34,047 nucleotides of DNA, taken from Verrucomicrobiota bacterium. Its GTDB lineage: Bacteria; Verrucomicrobiota; Verrucomicrobiia; Opitutales; Opitutaceae. Below the pieces are notes generated by a model. That model made no database searches. It had not been told where the DNA came from and worked only from the letters and a program-made list of their open reading frames with translations. Location of the stretch: contig JBEANZ010000006.1 of the NCBI GenBank assembly GCA_041165185.1, positions 1-34,047 on the forward strand. The letters run 5' to 3'. The position numbers and the translations under genes are program-made. This document shows, one piece after another, positions 1 through 8,529 of this stretch. Within the stretch, counting starts at the first letter, position 1. The number at the start of each line of letters is the position of its first letter.

Positions 1-1341
1 GGCACCACCCTCGCCCTCGACGCGCGCGCGCTCGCGTTCACCGTCGGCGCGACGCTCCTCTCCGCCCTGCTCGTCGGCCTCGCCCCCGCCTGGCAGGCTT
101 CGAAACCCGATCTCGTGGAAACGCTCAAGGACGCCGCGCGCGGCTCCTCAGGCGGCCTGCGCGGCGCGCGGTTTCGCGCCTCGCTCATCGTCGCCGAGGT
201 CGCGCTCTCCGTCGTGCTGCTCGTCGGGGCGAGTTTGCTGTTGCTCAGTTTCCTGAAACTCCAGCGCACGCCGCCCGGCTTCAACCCGCACGGCGCTGCG
301 ACCGCGTTCGTCGGCGTGCCGCTCACCCGCTACAAGACCGGCCCCGAGCAGACGCAGTTTTTCGAGTCCGTGATCGAGCGGCTGCGCGCCGTGCCGCAGG
401 TGAAGGCCGCCGCCGCCGTCATCGGCCTGCCGCTCGGCGGCTTCAACCCCCGCGCGCCCTACAGCGTGCTCGGTCGCCCCGTGCTCCCGCTCCCGCAGCG
501 CCCGCTCGCGGGTTTTTCCGTCGTGAGCGACGACTACTTCCGCCTCCTGGAAATCCCCGTGCGCGCCGGCCGCGCCTTCACCGCCGACGACCGCGACGGC
601 GCGCCCGGCGTCTGCATCGTCAACGAGACGCTCGCGAAAAAACTTTTCCCCGGCGAATCCGCCCTCGGCAAAACCCTCATGCGCGGCAAGGACGGCGACA
701 TCCGCCACGAAATCGTCGGCATCATCGCCGACGTAAAAACCAACGGCCTGAGCGCCCCCGTGCCCGACGAAATCTACTACTCGTTTCGCCAGCTCGGCCG
801 CCCCGGCATGGCCCTCGTCGCGAAAATCGACGGCGACCCCGCCGCGCTGCAGGCCATCATCAAGACCGCCGTCACCGCCGTGGACAAAGATCAGCCGATT
901 TCGTTTTTCGCGACGCTCGATTCGACCGTCGCGCAGAGCCTCGGCTACCAACGCCTCGTCGCCGCGCTCACCACGATTTTCGCGGGCCTCGCGCTCGTGC
1001 TCGCGGCGGTGGGCCTCTACTCGGTGCTCGCCTACGCCGTCACCCAACGCACGAGCGAGATCGGCATCCGCATGGCGCTCGGCGCGCAACGCGGCCAGGT
1101 GCTCGCGCTCATCCTGCGCAGCGGCCTGCGGCTCGTGGCGGTGGGCCTCGTGGTGGGCCTCGCGCTCGCCGCCGGCGTCGCGCGCCTCGCGCAATCGCTG
1201 CTCTTCGACGTGCAACCCTACGACCCGCGCATCTACGCCGGTGTGACGATGCTCTTCGCCGTGGTAGCCGTGCTCGCCTGTCTGCTCCCCTCGCTGCGTG
1301 CGAGCCGCATCGACCCGCTCGTGGCGCTGCGCGCCGAGTAG
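1..1341 (+). CDS. ABC-type efflux permease, FtsX/MacB family, probably the duplicated (ADOP-like) type; 5' end lies outside the window
   Basis: Frame 1 is open from base 1 (GTTLALDARALAFTVGATLLSALLVGLAPAWQASKPDLVETLKD...), upstream of the first Met of the 115..1341 ORF. The APAWQASKPDLVETLK segment looks like the end of a first FtsX repeat. It is followed by a TM helix, a large soluble domain, three C-terminal hydrophobic helices and the FtsX-type tail SLRASRIDPLVALRAE. Confidence 0.85.
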   Translation, partial: GTTLALDARALAFTVGATLLSALLVGLAPAWQASKPDLVETLKDAARGSSGGLRGARFRASLIVAEVALSVVLLVGASLLLLSFLKLQRTPPGFNPHGAATAFVGVPLTRYKTGPEQTQFFESVIERLRAVPQVKAAAAVIGLPLGGFNPRAPYSVLGRPVLPLPQRPLAGFSVVSDDYFRLLEIPVRAGRAFTADDRDGAPGVCIVNETLAKKLFPGESALGKTLMRGKDGDIRHEIVGIIADVKTNGLSAPVPDEIYYSFRQLGRPGMALVAKIDGDPAALQAIIKTAVTAVDKDQPISFFATLDSTVAQSLGYQRLVAALTTIFAGLALVLAAVGLYSVLAYAVTQRTSEIGIRMALGAQRGQVLALILRSGLRLVAVGLVVGLALAAGVARLAQSLLFDVQPYDPRIYAGVTMLFAVVAVLACLLPSLRASRIDPLVALRAE

Positions 1342-1521
1342 CGCCGCTCTCCGACCGGAAGCCCGCGCCCGCCCGACGAATTTCCGTTTTCTCCCCGCCC
1401 TCCCCGCAGCCATGATTCTGAAACGCAGCCTGAAAACGCGGAGGACGCCGTGCGACCGAGCCCGCAACCAAACCACGGAGACTTGGCCACAAAAAGCACA
1501 AGAAGGCGCAAAAAAGAAACC

Positions 1522-1787
1522 GAGTTCTTCGCCGTTTCCAGCGGGTCGATGGCGGCCAGCTCCGAAGCCCCAAAGGGGCGAAAGTAGACAGCCCAGGGCA
1601 ACGCCCTGGGATTCGGATTGGATAAAAATTTTCGCCCTGAAGGGGCGACACCCTCGGCCGCTTTCGCCCTTTCAGGGCTTGGACTTATGGTGGGGGCGTT
1701 TCCCAGGGCGTTGCCCTGGGCTTTCGACTTTTCGCCCCTTCGGGGCTCCCAATGCTCGGCTCCTACCCCTCGAAACGGCACGGAGCC
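1522..1787. mobile_element. MITE-like nested-palindrome element, copy A (about 266 bp), inverted relative to copy B at 20841..21105
   Basis: The reverse complement aligns along its whole length with 20841..21105, roughly four positions in five by eye. It shares two 19-nt perfect hairpins, cccagggcaacgccctggg (1592..1610) and cccagggcgttgccctggg (1702..1720), and a central hairpin cgccctgaaggggcga...tcgccctttcagggc. The ends, gagttcttcgccgtttc / gaaacggcacggagcc, are degenerate versions of the copy B TIR. It is intergenic. Confidence 0.8.
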
Positions 1788-1974
1788 AAGACCCTGATGC
1801 GTTTCGCTAAGACCAGCCCGCAGCCCACCGAAGCCCGCCACCATCCGCCCCAAAACTGTTTTCCTCCGCGCCCTCCGCGTTTCAATTTTTCCGCCTAAGA
1901 TTCTTCCGACACTCGCCTCCCTCACCACCTCCCTCTTCGTCCTACTGCCCCGCCAACTCCCCCACCGCCCCACC

Positions 1975-2526
1975 ATGAAAACCCGCCCTCACCTCCCTCG
2001 CCTGAGTCGTTTCCCACACATCACGCGCCTCACGCGCCTCGCTCTCCCGCTACGCGCCGCGCTCGCGGCCCTCGCGTTCGCCTCGGCCGCTGTGCCGGCC
2101 GCGTGGGCGCAGGAAAAAACCTCCGTCGCGCAGCTCGCGTTTCTCACCGGCACCTGGCGCGGCCCCTCCAGCAGCGGCACGACCGCCGAGGAAATCATCT
2201 CCGCGCCCGAGGGCGGCGTGATGCTCAGCGCCGGCCGCGAATTTCGCGGCGCCAAATGCGTCTTCTTCGACCTTGTCGTCTTCGCCGAAAAAGACGGCGT
2301 CGTGAACCTCATCCCGCATCCGAACGGCAAGCGCAGCGCCGACATTTTTCCGCTGGTGAAACTCGAAGCCGCCGCCCACCGCGCCACCTTCGAAAACAAA
2401 GCGCACGATTTCCCGAAGGTCTTCATCTACGAACTCATCGCCCCCGACCACCTGCGCATCACCCTCACCGGCGATCAAAAAGGCCACCCGGCGAAAGAAG
2501 TCTTCGAGCTGAAACGCACGAAGTAG
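1975..2526 (+). CDS. Secreted protein, DUF6265-like
   Basis: N-terminal signal peptide (LALPLRAALAALAFASAAVPAAWA|QE). The AFLTGTWRG...EEIISAPEGGVMLSAGR...FFDLVVFAEKDG...ATFENKAHDFPKVFIYEL pattern matches my recollection of DUF6265. High GC3 in this frame. Confidence 0.65.
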   Translation: MKTRPHLPRLSRFPHITRLTRLALPLRAALAALAFASAAVPAAWAQEKTSVAQLAFLTGTWRGPSSSGTTAEEIISAPEGGVMLSAGREFRGAKCVFFDLVVFAEKDGVVNLIPHPNGKRSADIFPLVKLEAAAHRATFENKAHDFPKVFIYELIAPDHLRITLTGDQKGHPAKEVFELKRTK

Positions 2527-2774
2527 GCGCGACGGATCGATCGTGGCACGGGACTCCCGACCCGTGTTCGGAAAATCACGCGGCCGGAAACCCGTGCCAC
2601 GCGCCCCCGCGCGTTTCCCACTTTCGGGAAGCCCCGATGCCACAAACGGAAACCCGCGCCCGCGCCGCCCGCGCGACCGGAATTTCAAGACGTTGGCCTG
2701 TCACGGTTTAGCTCCGCCGACCCTCGGCGGCACAGGCGTTGCTAAACCCGCCCGCCGCCCAACCCTCCGCTCCC

Positions 2775-2990
2775 ATGAAGACGCCCACGATGTTTTTGTT
2801 TTTCGCCTGCTCCGCATTCGCCAGCGAGCCGTGCGAGTCCGCGACCACCGCCAAAGCCCCCACGAAAACCCGCACGCCCCCCGCTGCGATGGCCGCGCCC
2901 GCCGCGCCCGGCTCCGGCCTCGCCGCCCCCGTCGCCACCCCGAAACCCTCCGATCCGGCCCCCACGCGGCCCGCGCATCTGTTCATGTAG
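2775..2990 (+). CDS. Possible small Pro/Ala-rich secreted protein or lipoprotein (71 aa)
   Basis: Internal Met of the 2739..2990 ORF. MKTPTMFLFFAC|S resembles a signal peptide with a lipobox-like Cys. The remainder is low-complexity P/A/T-rich. GC3 is high, but that discriminates weakly in this genome. Confidence 0.3.
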   Translation: MKTPTMFLFFACSAFASEPCESATTAKAPTKTRTPPAAMAAPAAPGSGLAAPVATPKPSDPAPTRPAHLFM

Positions 2991-3084
2991 TTTTCACCGC
3001 CACGCCGCCCGCACCTCGCCGCCGCACCTCGCCGCCGCCCCGTCTCGCCCGACCTCGTCGCCGCGCCGCTTTGTTTTTATTCGC

Positions 3085-3750
3085 ATGATTTCCCTCCGCC
3101 ACCTCGACCGCGTTTACCCGCTCAAGGGCGGCCCCTTCTACGCCCTGCGCGACATCTCCCTCGACGTCGCCGCCGGCGATTTCCTCTCGATCATGGGGCC
3201 GTCCGGCTCCGGCAAATCCACGCTCCTCCACATCCTCGGCCTCCACGACGCCGCGTGGAACGGCGAGTTCACCCTCTGCGGCGAAGCGGTCCACCAGCTC
3301 GATCAGAAAAAACGTTTCGCGCTCCAGAAACGCACCCTCGGCTTCGTGTTTCAGAGCTACCACCTCCTCGACGATCTCACCGTTTACGAAAACCTCGAGA
3401 TCCCCCTCAGCTACCGCGACACCCCGAAAAAAGATCGCGAGAGCATCGTCTGCGACGCCCTCGACCGCTTCCACATCGTCGGGAAAAAAGACCTCTACCC
3501 CGCGCAACTCTCCGGCGGTCAGCAGCAACTCGTCGGCATCGCGCGCGCCCTCATCGCCCGCCCCGCCCTCATCCTCGCCGACGAACCCACCGGCAACCTC
3601 CACTCCGATCAGGGCCGCGAAATCATGGAGCTCTTCCGCAAACTCAACCGCGAGGACGGCGTGACCATCATCCAAGTCACGCACTCCGCCGACAACGCCG
3701 CCTACGGCACCCGCACCCTCCGCCTCGCCGACGGCGTCGTCGTGAAATGA
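3085..3750 (+). CDS. ABC transporter ATP-binding protein (MacB/LolD-like)
   Basis: Walker A GPSGSGKST, Q-loop, ABC signature LSGGQQQ, Walker B LILADEPTGNLH, H-loop VTHS. Length 221 aa. Confidence 0.95.
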   Translation: MISLRHLDRVYPLKGGPFYALRDISLDVAAGDFLSIMGPSGSGKSTLLHILGLHDAAWNGEFTLCGEAVHQLDQKKRFALQKRTLGFVFQSYHLLDDLTVYENLEIPLSYRDTPKKDRESIVCDALDRFHIVGKKDLYPAQLSGGQQQLVGIARALIARPALILADEPTGNLHSDQGREIMELFRKLNREDGVTIIQVTHSADNAAYGTRTLRLADGVVVK

Positions 3751-5288
3751 AACCCCGCGCCACGACTCTCGCCTCTCCCACCGCCGCCGCCCGCACGCCG
3801 GCGCCACGCTCGCGCCCGCGCCGCCCCGCCGTGCGCCGCCTCGCCCGCTACGTCGGCGTGTTTGCCCTCGGCTTCGCCCTCGCCGCGCGCGCCGCCGCCG
3901 CGCCCCTCACCCTCGACGACGCCATCCGCCAGGGCCTGCAAAAAAACCAGAGCCTCAAGGTCAGCGCCCTCTCCCCCGAAATCGCCCGCGCCAACCTCCT
4001 CGCCGAATCCGGCAAATTCGATCCCGCGCTCACCTTTCGCCGCACGCACGCCGAGACCGAGTCGCCCCTCGCGCGCCGCCCCCTCGTCACCGCGCTCACT
4101 AAGGAGGACGACTACGCCCTCGCTCTCGGCGGCCTCGCCCCGTGGGGCCTCAGCTACAGCCTCGGCGCGACGGCCACCAACCAGCGCGGCACGTCTAACC
4201 GCTTCACCGACAGCTTTGTCACCTTCGGCGGCGTGAGCGTGACGCAGCCGCTCCTGCGCGGCTTCGGCCTCGGCCCCACGCTCGCCGGCCTCCGCATCGC
4301 CAAAGCCGACCGCACGATCTCCGACTGGCAGCACAAACAAAACGTCATCAACGTCGTCACCGGCGTCATCCTCGCCTACGCCAACGTCGTCCAGGCCCGC
4401 GAAAACCTCCGCATCGCCCGCCTCTCCCGCGACCTCACCGCGCAACTCGTCGCCCAAAACGAAACCCGCAACCGCATCGGCCAAATCTCCGACGCCGACG
4501 TCCTCCAAGCCCGCGCGCGCCTCGCCTCGCGCGACGAATCCGTCCTCTTCGCGCTGCGCTTTTCCGAGGACGCGCAGAACCAGCTCCGCCAACTGATCGG
4601 CGAGACGACCTTTACCAACACCGGCCCCGACCTCGCCCTCGCCGACCCGCCCGCGCCCGCCGCGCCCCCCGTGAATCTCGCCGACGATCTGAAAAACGCC
4701 TACGCGCAACGCCCCGATTACCAGGCCGCGCGCCTCGGCGTCACCAAGCGCCAGCACACCCGCACCCTCGCGCAAAACCAGCTCCTCCCCCGCGTCGATT
4801 TCGTCGGCAGCTACGGCTACGCCGGCCAGGACCGCGACTTCGCGATGGCCCGCGCGCAAGTGCGCGACGCCGACGTGCGCGCCTACAGCGCGGGCGTGGT
4901 GGTCTCGGTGCCGTTGACCTTCGCCGAAGGCCGCGGCCGCGCGCGCGCCGCCCAACTCGGCCTCCGCCAATCCGAAGCCGACCTCGTCCGCCTCGAACAG
5001 GACATCGCCGTCGATGTCGCGGCAGCGGCCGGTCAGGTGGAGACGACGCGCCTGCGCGTGGCCGCGACGAAAAACGCCCTCGACCTCGCGCAACAAGCGC
5101 TGGAAGCGGAGCAGAAAAAATTCATCGCGGGCACGAGCAGCACGTTTCTGGTGCTCCAAGCGCAAGGCGAACTCGCCGCCGCGCAAAGCAGCTCCGCCCG
5201 CGCCCTCGCCGACCAACGCCGCGCCCACGCCAACTACGACCGCGAACTCGGCCGCACCCTCGCGACCCACGGTCTGACGGTGGAGTAA
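3747..5288 (+). CDS. TolC-family outer-membrane efflux protein
   Basis: Start re-assigned to ATG 3747 (MKPRATTLAS...), which overlaps the ATPase stop as ATGA. Signal-like ALGFALAARAAAAP, then LTLDDAIRQGLQKNQSLK and two coiled-coil/beta repeats typical of OEP/TolC. The upstream 164 codons of the 3255..5288 ORF are Arg/Pro read-through. Confidence 0.85.
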   Translation: MKPRATTLASPTAAARTPAPRSRPRRPAVRRLARYVGVFALGFALAARAAAAPLTLDDAIRQGLQKNQSLKVSALSPEIARANLLAESGKFDPALTFRRTHAETESPLARRPLVTALTKEDDYALALGGLAPWGLSYSLGATATNQRGTSNRFTDSFVTFGGVSVTQPLLRGFGLGPTLAGLRIAKADRTISDWQHKQNVINVVTGVILAYANVVQARENLRIARLSRDLTAQLVAQNETRNRIGQISDADVLQARARLASRDESVLFALRFSEDAQNQLRQLIGETTFTNTGPDLALADPPAPAAPPVNLADDLKNAYAQRPDYQAARLGVTKRQHTRTLAQNQLLPRVDFVGSYGYAGQDRDFAMARAQVRDADVRAYSAGVVVSVPLTFAEGRGRARAAQLGLRQSEADLVRLEQDIAVDVAAAAGQVETTRLRVAATKNALDLAQQALEAEQKKFIAGTSSTFLVLQAQGELAAAQSSSARALADQRRAHANYDRELGRTLATHGLTVE

Positions 5289-5327
5289 GGTGGTCCGCGC
5301 CGCCCTCCGCCCGATCCCGCGACGGCC

Positions 5328-5415
5328 GTAGCGGCGGGCGTCCCTGCCCGCCGAAGCTGACCCGAACGAGCGCGCGTGCCGCCCTCAGGGGTAGGGCAGG
5401 GTCTCTGACCCGCCC
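5328..5415. repeat. Two REP-like GC hairpin units in the convergent intergenic region
   Basis: Units are gtagcggcgggcgtccctgcccgcc (5328..5352, stem ggcgggc/gcccgcc) and gtagggcagggtctctgacccgccc (5391..5415). They are related to the units at 14553..14662 and 13052..13073. Confidence 0.45.
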
Positions 5416-5803
5416 TCGGGCCGCGGATGATCGTCGTTGACCAGTCAAAGCCTCATCCCCGCCTCGAACCGCACCGTCAGGCCATCGCGCAAGCTTCAAC
5501 AAAGCCGCATCCCTCACCCCGCCCAAACGCGTCCTGCAAGTGGTCCGGTGTCCGCTCGCACACGCTCGCCGCTGCGATTTTCCGAAAAATCTTTTCCGAT
5601 CAACCAACCGATTACCGGCAACACCCTCCGCCCCGCGCCGAATCGATCACCCATTCGCCCTCGGCGTGCACCGCGTCCCCGGCGCTCGAGCGCGCGAGCA
5701 GCGCATGCGCGCCAAAGTAGCGCCGGCCTCCGACCGGCGTTGGTCCGCCGCCCGACCAGCCGAAAAACAACGCCGGTCAAAGACCTCCGCCTCCACCGCG
5801 ACC

Positions 5804-7039
5804 TCACTTCGGCGGCGGTGTTGCGGACGGCGGGGCCGGGCGCGGAACCAGGTAGTCGATCCACGAGCCGCCGAGTTGTTTGTAGGCCTCGACGCGGCTC
5901 GCGTTCCCCAACAACGGCAGCACCGCCGCGACCGCCTGCTGCTGGAGCGCCGTAAGCGCGGCCGTGCGTTCCACCGGCGACAACGCGGCCCCCCCACCCG
6001 GACTGTAGAAATCGCGGCTCCGCTTCTGAAAATCCTGCTGCACGTCCCACAACTTGCGCGTGGTCTCGGCCGGCAGCTCCAGCCGCGCGACGAGCTGGCT
6101 CGTGCGCCGATAGTTGGAATCGGTCGCGCGCGCATATTCCGCCGCACGGTCCGGGCCGAGTTGCGCGGCCAATTGCGCGAGCATCTGCCGCTGCGCCTCG
6201 TCGCGCCGGGCCAATTCTTCCTGACTCGTGAACCCTGTCGAATAGTTGAATTGCTCGTCGAACGGCTGCCGCAGCCGAAAGATGGCGCGGAACTCCGCCT
6301 CCGTCGGCTCAAACGCGCGGAGTTCGTTGCGGAGCGTCTGCCCGGTGCGGCTGTAGCGCAGATCATATTCCTCGAGCTGGGCGGACGAGACCACGGCGGT
6401 GATCGCGGCACGCTGTTCCCGATCAAAGCGCCGGTTGGCCTCGGCGTCGTAAACCCCGGTCGCATAGTAGTTCTCGGAGCGCCGCCGGCTGAACTCCTGA
6501 TCGATGAGTCGGACCGCGTCGAGCTGGTCGGCCGGCAAATCGCCGAAGCGCGAACGCAACCGCGCGAGGGTCAGCGGATCGGCGGGCAACGCGTCGCGGC
6601 CCAACGCATCGCGCAACGCCCGCTCCTGTTCCTGCGCGAGCCGGAAGCTGGCGGCCTGGGCGTCGCGGCTGATCGCGCCATCCTTCCAAAACGGGCGGCC
6701 CTCCGCCCCGGGATCGAGCGCCCGACGGCGCGCGGCAAACCGTTCGTCGAGCACGCCGCTCACCACGGCGCGCACCATGTCCCTTGGGAAACCGGCCTCG
6801 CGCAAGCGCGCCACGAGCGCCGGCAAGTCGCCCTGATTGAGCGAGGCCCACAATTTCGAATCAAAGGCGCCGGAAACGACGGAGCCGGCGGATCGCTTCG
6901 CAGCGACCGCGGCGTGCGCCACCGCCGCGCGGGCCACGGCTTCATCGGCGAGCCGCGTCTTGCCATGAAAATACGCGACGCCGAGCGCGGCGTTGCCCAC
7001 GAGGGACGCGGCGACGAACAGGCGGATCCAGATCTTCAT
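5804..7039 (-). CDS. Membrane-anchored helical-repeat protein, unknown family (paralog 2 of a tandem pair)
   Basis: Start re-assigned to ATG at 7039 (MKIWIRLFVAASLVGNAALGVAYF, a single N-terminal TM). It shares ordered motifs with 7047..8375: LPALVARLREAGFPRDMVRAVVSGVLDERFAARR, PFWKDG, FGDLPADQLDAVRLIDQEF, EEYDLRYS, TEAEFRAIFRLRQPFDEQF, AAEYARATDSNY. Confidence 0.7.
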   Translation of the reverse strand: MKIWIRLFVAASLVGNAALGVAYFHGKTRLADEAVARAAVAHAAVAAKRSAGSVVSGAFDSKLWASLNQGDLPALVARLREAGFPRDMVRAVVSGVLDERFAARRRALDPGAEGRPFWKDGAISRDAQAASFRLAQEQERALRDALGRDALPADPLTLARLRSRFGDLPADQLDAVRLIDQEFSRRRSENYYATGVYDAEANRRFDREQRAAITAVVSSAQLEEYDLRYSRTGQTLRNELRAFEPTEAEFRAIFRLRQPFDEQFNYSTGFTSQEELARRDEAQRQMLAQLAAQLGPDRAAEYARATDSNYRRTSQLVARLELPAETTRKLWDVQQDFQKRSRDFYSPGGGAALSPVERTAALTALQQQAVAAVLPLLGNASRVEAYKQLGGSWIDYLVPRPAPPSATPPPK

Positions 7040-7046
7040 CGGCGGA

Positions 7047-8375
7047 TCATTTCGGGGCCGTCGGGCCGGGGTAAAAGCTCCAGACTCCGTCCGCGTTCCG
7101 CTGGAACGTGAAGCCGCGCTGCACGGCGGTGAGCCACGTCGCGGAGGCGGCGTAAGCGTCGGCCACGTTGAGGCCGACGTTGGCGGCGATCTGGTTGCGC
7201 GCCTTCTCGGCGAGCGCCCGGAGCGCGGCGGCGCGCTCGGCGTAACCGAGCCGGGCGTTTTCGATCCGCATCGACTCCGCCGAGATGGCCGCGCGCACAT
7301 CGTAGGCGCGCACGAGCGCATCCGGGCCGACGCCCTGATTTTGCGCGAGGCGTGCGAGCTGTTGATACTCGTAGTCCGTCGCCCGCGCGTAATCGGCGTA
7401 GCGCGCGTCGCCGAGGGTGGCCTTGAGCTGGGCGGCAATTTGGGTTTCCGCCTCGGTGCGCCGGGTCTGGATGTCCCGCGTGTAGCTTCTTCCACCCGTG
7501 GGATTAAGCAGTTCATCAAACGGCTGCTGCGCGCGGAAAATCGCCGCAAACTCCGCGGCGGTGGCGTCCATCAACGTCAGCCCCGTGCGCAAGCGCGAGG
7601 TGATAGTGGACGTGCGCATCTCGTAGGCCTCAAGCTCGCTGGGACTCAGGATAGCGGCGAGATCGGCGCGTTTCTCGCGTTCGAGGAGCGCGAATTTTTC
7701 CCGGTCCTCGGGGAGCGTGACGCCCTGCGTGGCGGCGCGCACCTGCGAGAGCATCTCCGCGTAGTCGTCCACGATCCGCTGCACGAGCGCGATCTTCGCC
7801 TTCGGCAGATCGCCGAACTGCGCGCGCTGCGCGGTCGTCGGATCGGCGCCGCCGGCCGCGAAAAAATCATCGCCTAGCAGCTCGCGCAACGCCTTCGAGC
7901 GGTCGCGGTAGAGCTGGGTGTAGCTCTCGTAGAACTTGGGATTGTTCATCGAGCTGAACGGCTCGGGTTTCCAAAACGGCGTGTCGCCGAGCGTGCCGAG
8001 CAGCTCGTTCATGCGGGCGGAGAACCGCGCCTCGAGCTGCGCGTTGACGACCGCGCGCACGACGGCGGCGGAAAACCCCGCCGCGCGCAACCGCGCGACA
8101 AGCGTGGGCAAATCGTCGGTCTTGAGCGCGGCCCACACGCCGGTGCGCGCAGCGGCGGCGGCCTTCGCATCGGCCGCCGATTTGGCCGCGGCACGCGAGC
8201 GCCGCGCGTGGGTGGCATCCGCCGCCTCCGCCGCATCAGTTGCGGCGCGATCGGTCGACGAGGTGAAAACATCGCGCACCACCGGCGGCAGGAGCCCGGG
8301 CCGCGAAACAAACAAACCGGCGAGCAACGCATTGCCCGCAAGCGAAGCGGCAAGGAGCACGAGGGGTGTTTTCAT
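7047..8375 (-). CDS. Membrane-anchored helical-repeat protein, unknown family (paralog 1 of a tandem pair)
   Basis: Start re-assigned to ATG at 8375 (MKTPLVLLAASLAGNALLAGLFV). Motifs: LPTLVARLRAAGFSAAVVRAVVNAQLEARFSARM, PFWKPE, FGDLPKAKIALVQRIVDDYAEM, LEAYEMRTS, TAAEFAAIFRAQQPFDELL, YADYARATDYEY. Its stop is only 7 nt upstream of the paralog 2 start. Confidence 0.7.
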   Translation of the reverse strand: MKTPLVLLAASLAGNALLAGLFVSRPGLLPPVVRDVFTSSTDRAATDAAEAADATHARRSRAAAKSAADAKAAAAARTGVWAALKTDDLPTLVARLRAAGFSAAVVRAVVNAQLEARFSARMNELLGTLGDTPFWKPEPFSSMNNPKFYESYTQLYRDRSKALRELLGDDFFAAGGADPTTAQRAQFGDLPKAKIALVQRIVDDYAEMLSQVRAATQGVTLPEDREKFALLEREKRADLAAILSPSELEAYEMRTSTITSRLRTGLTLMDATAAEFAAIFRAQQPFDELLNPTGGRSYTRDIQTRRTEAETQIAAQLKATLGDARYADYARATDYEYQQLARLAQNQGVGPDALVRAYDVRAAISAESMRIENARLGYAERAAALRALAEKARNQIAANVGLNVADAYAASATWLTAVQRGFTFQRNADGVWSFYPGPTAPK

Positions 8376-8529
8376 GGGGCGGGGCGCGAGACCAACGGGC
8401 GGGCCAACGAGACAGACAACGGGCCAACGGGTGCCGGAGCATCGCGCGCCGAGGCGAAAAAACAAACCCCGATTGCCGCGCCACGCTGGCGGCTTGCGTT
8501 CAACGAGTCGGAGGGTGAACTCCACCGCC

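Noticed and set aside
5427-5955. ORFs 5427..5720 and 5437..5955 in the 500-bp convergent gap after the TolC-like gene
   Set aside because: Their translations are Pro/Arg/Ser-rich with no motifs, and one overlaps the 3' end of the minus-strand paralog gene. The gap is better explained by the REP-like units.
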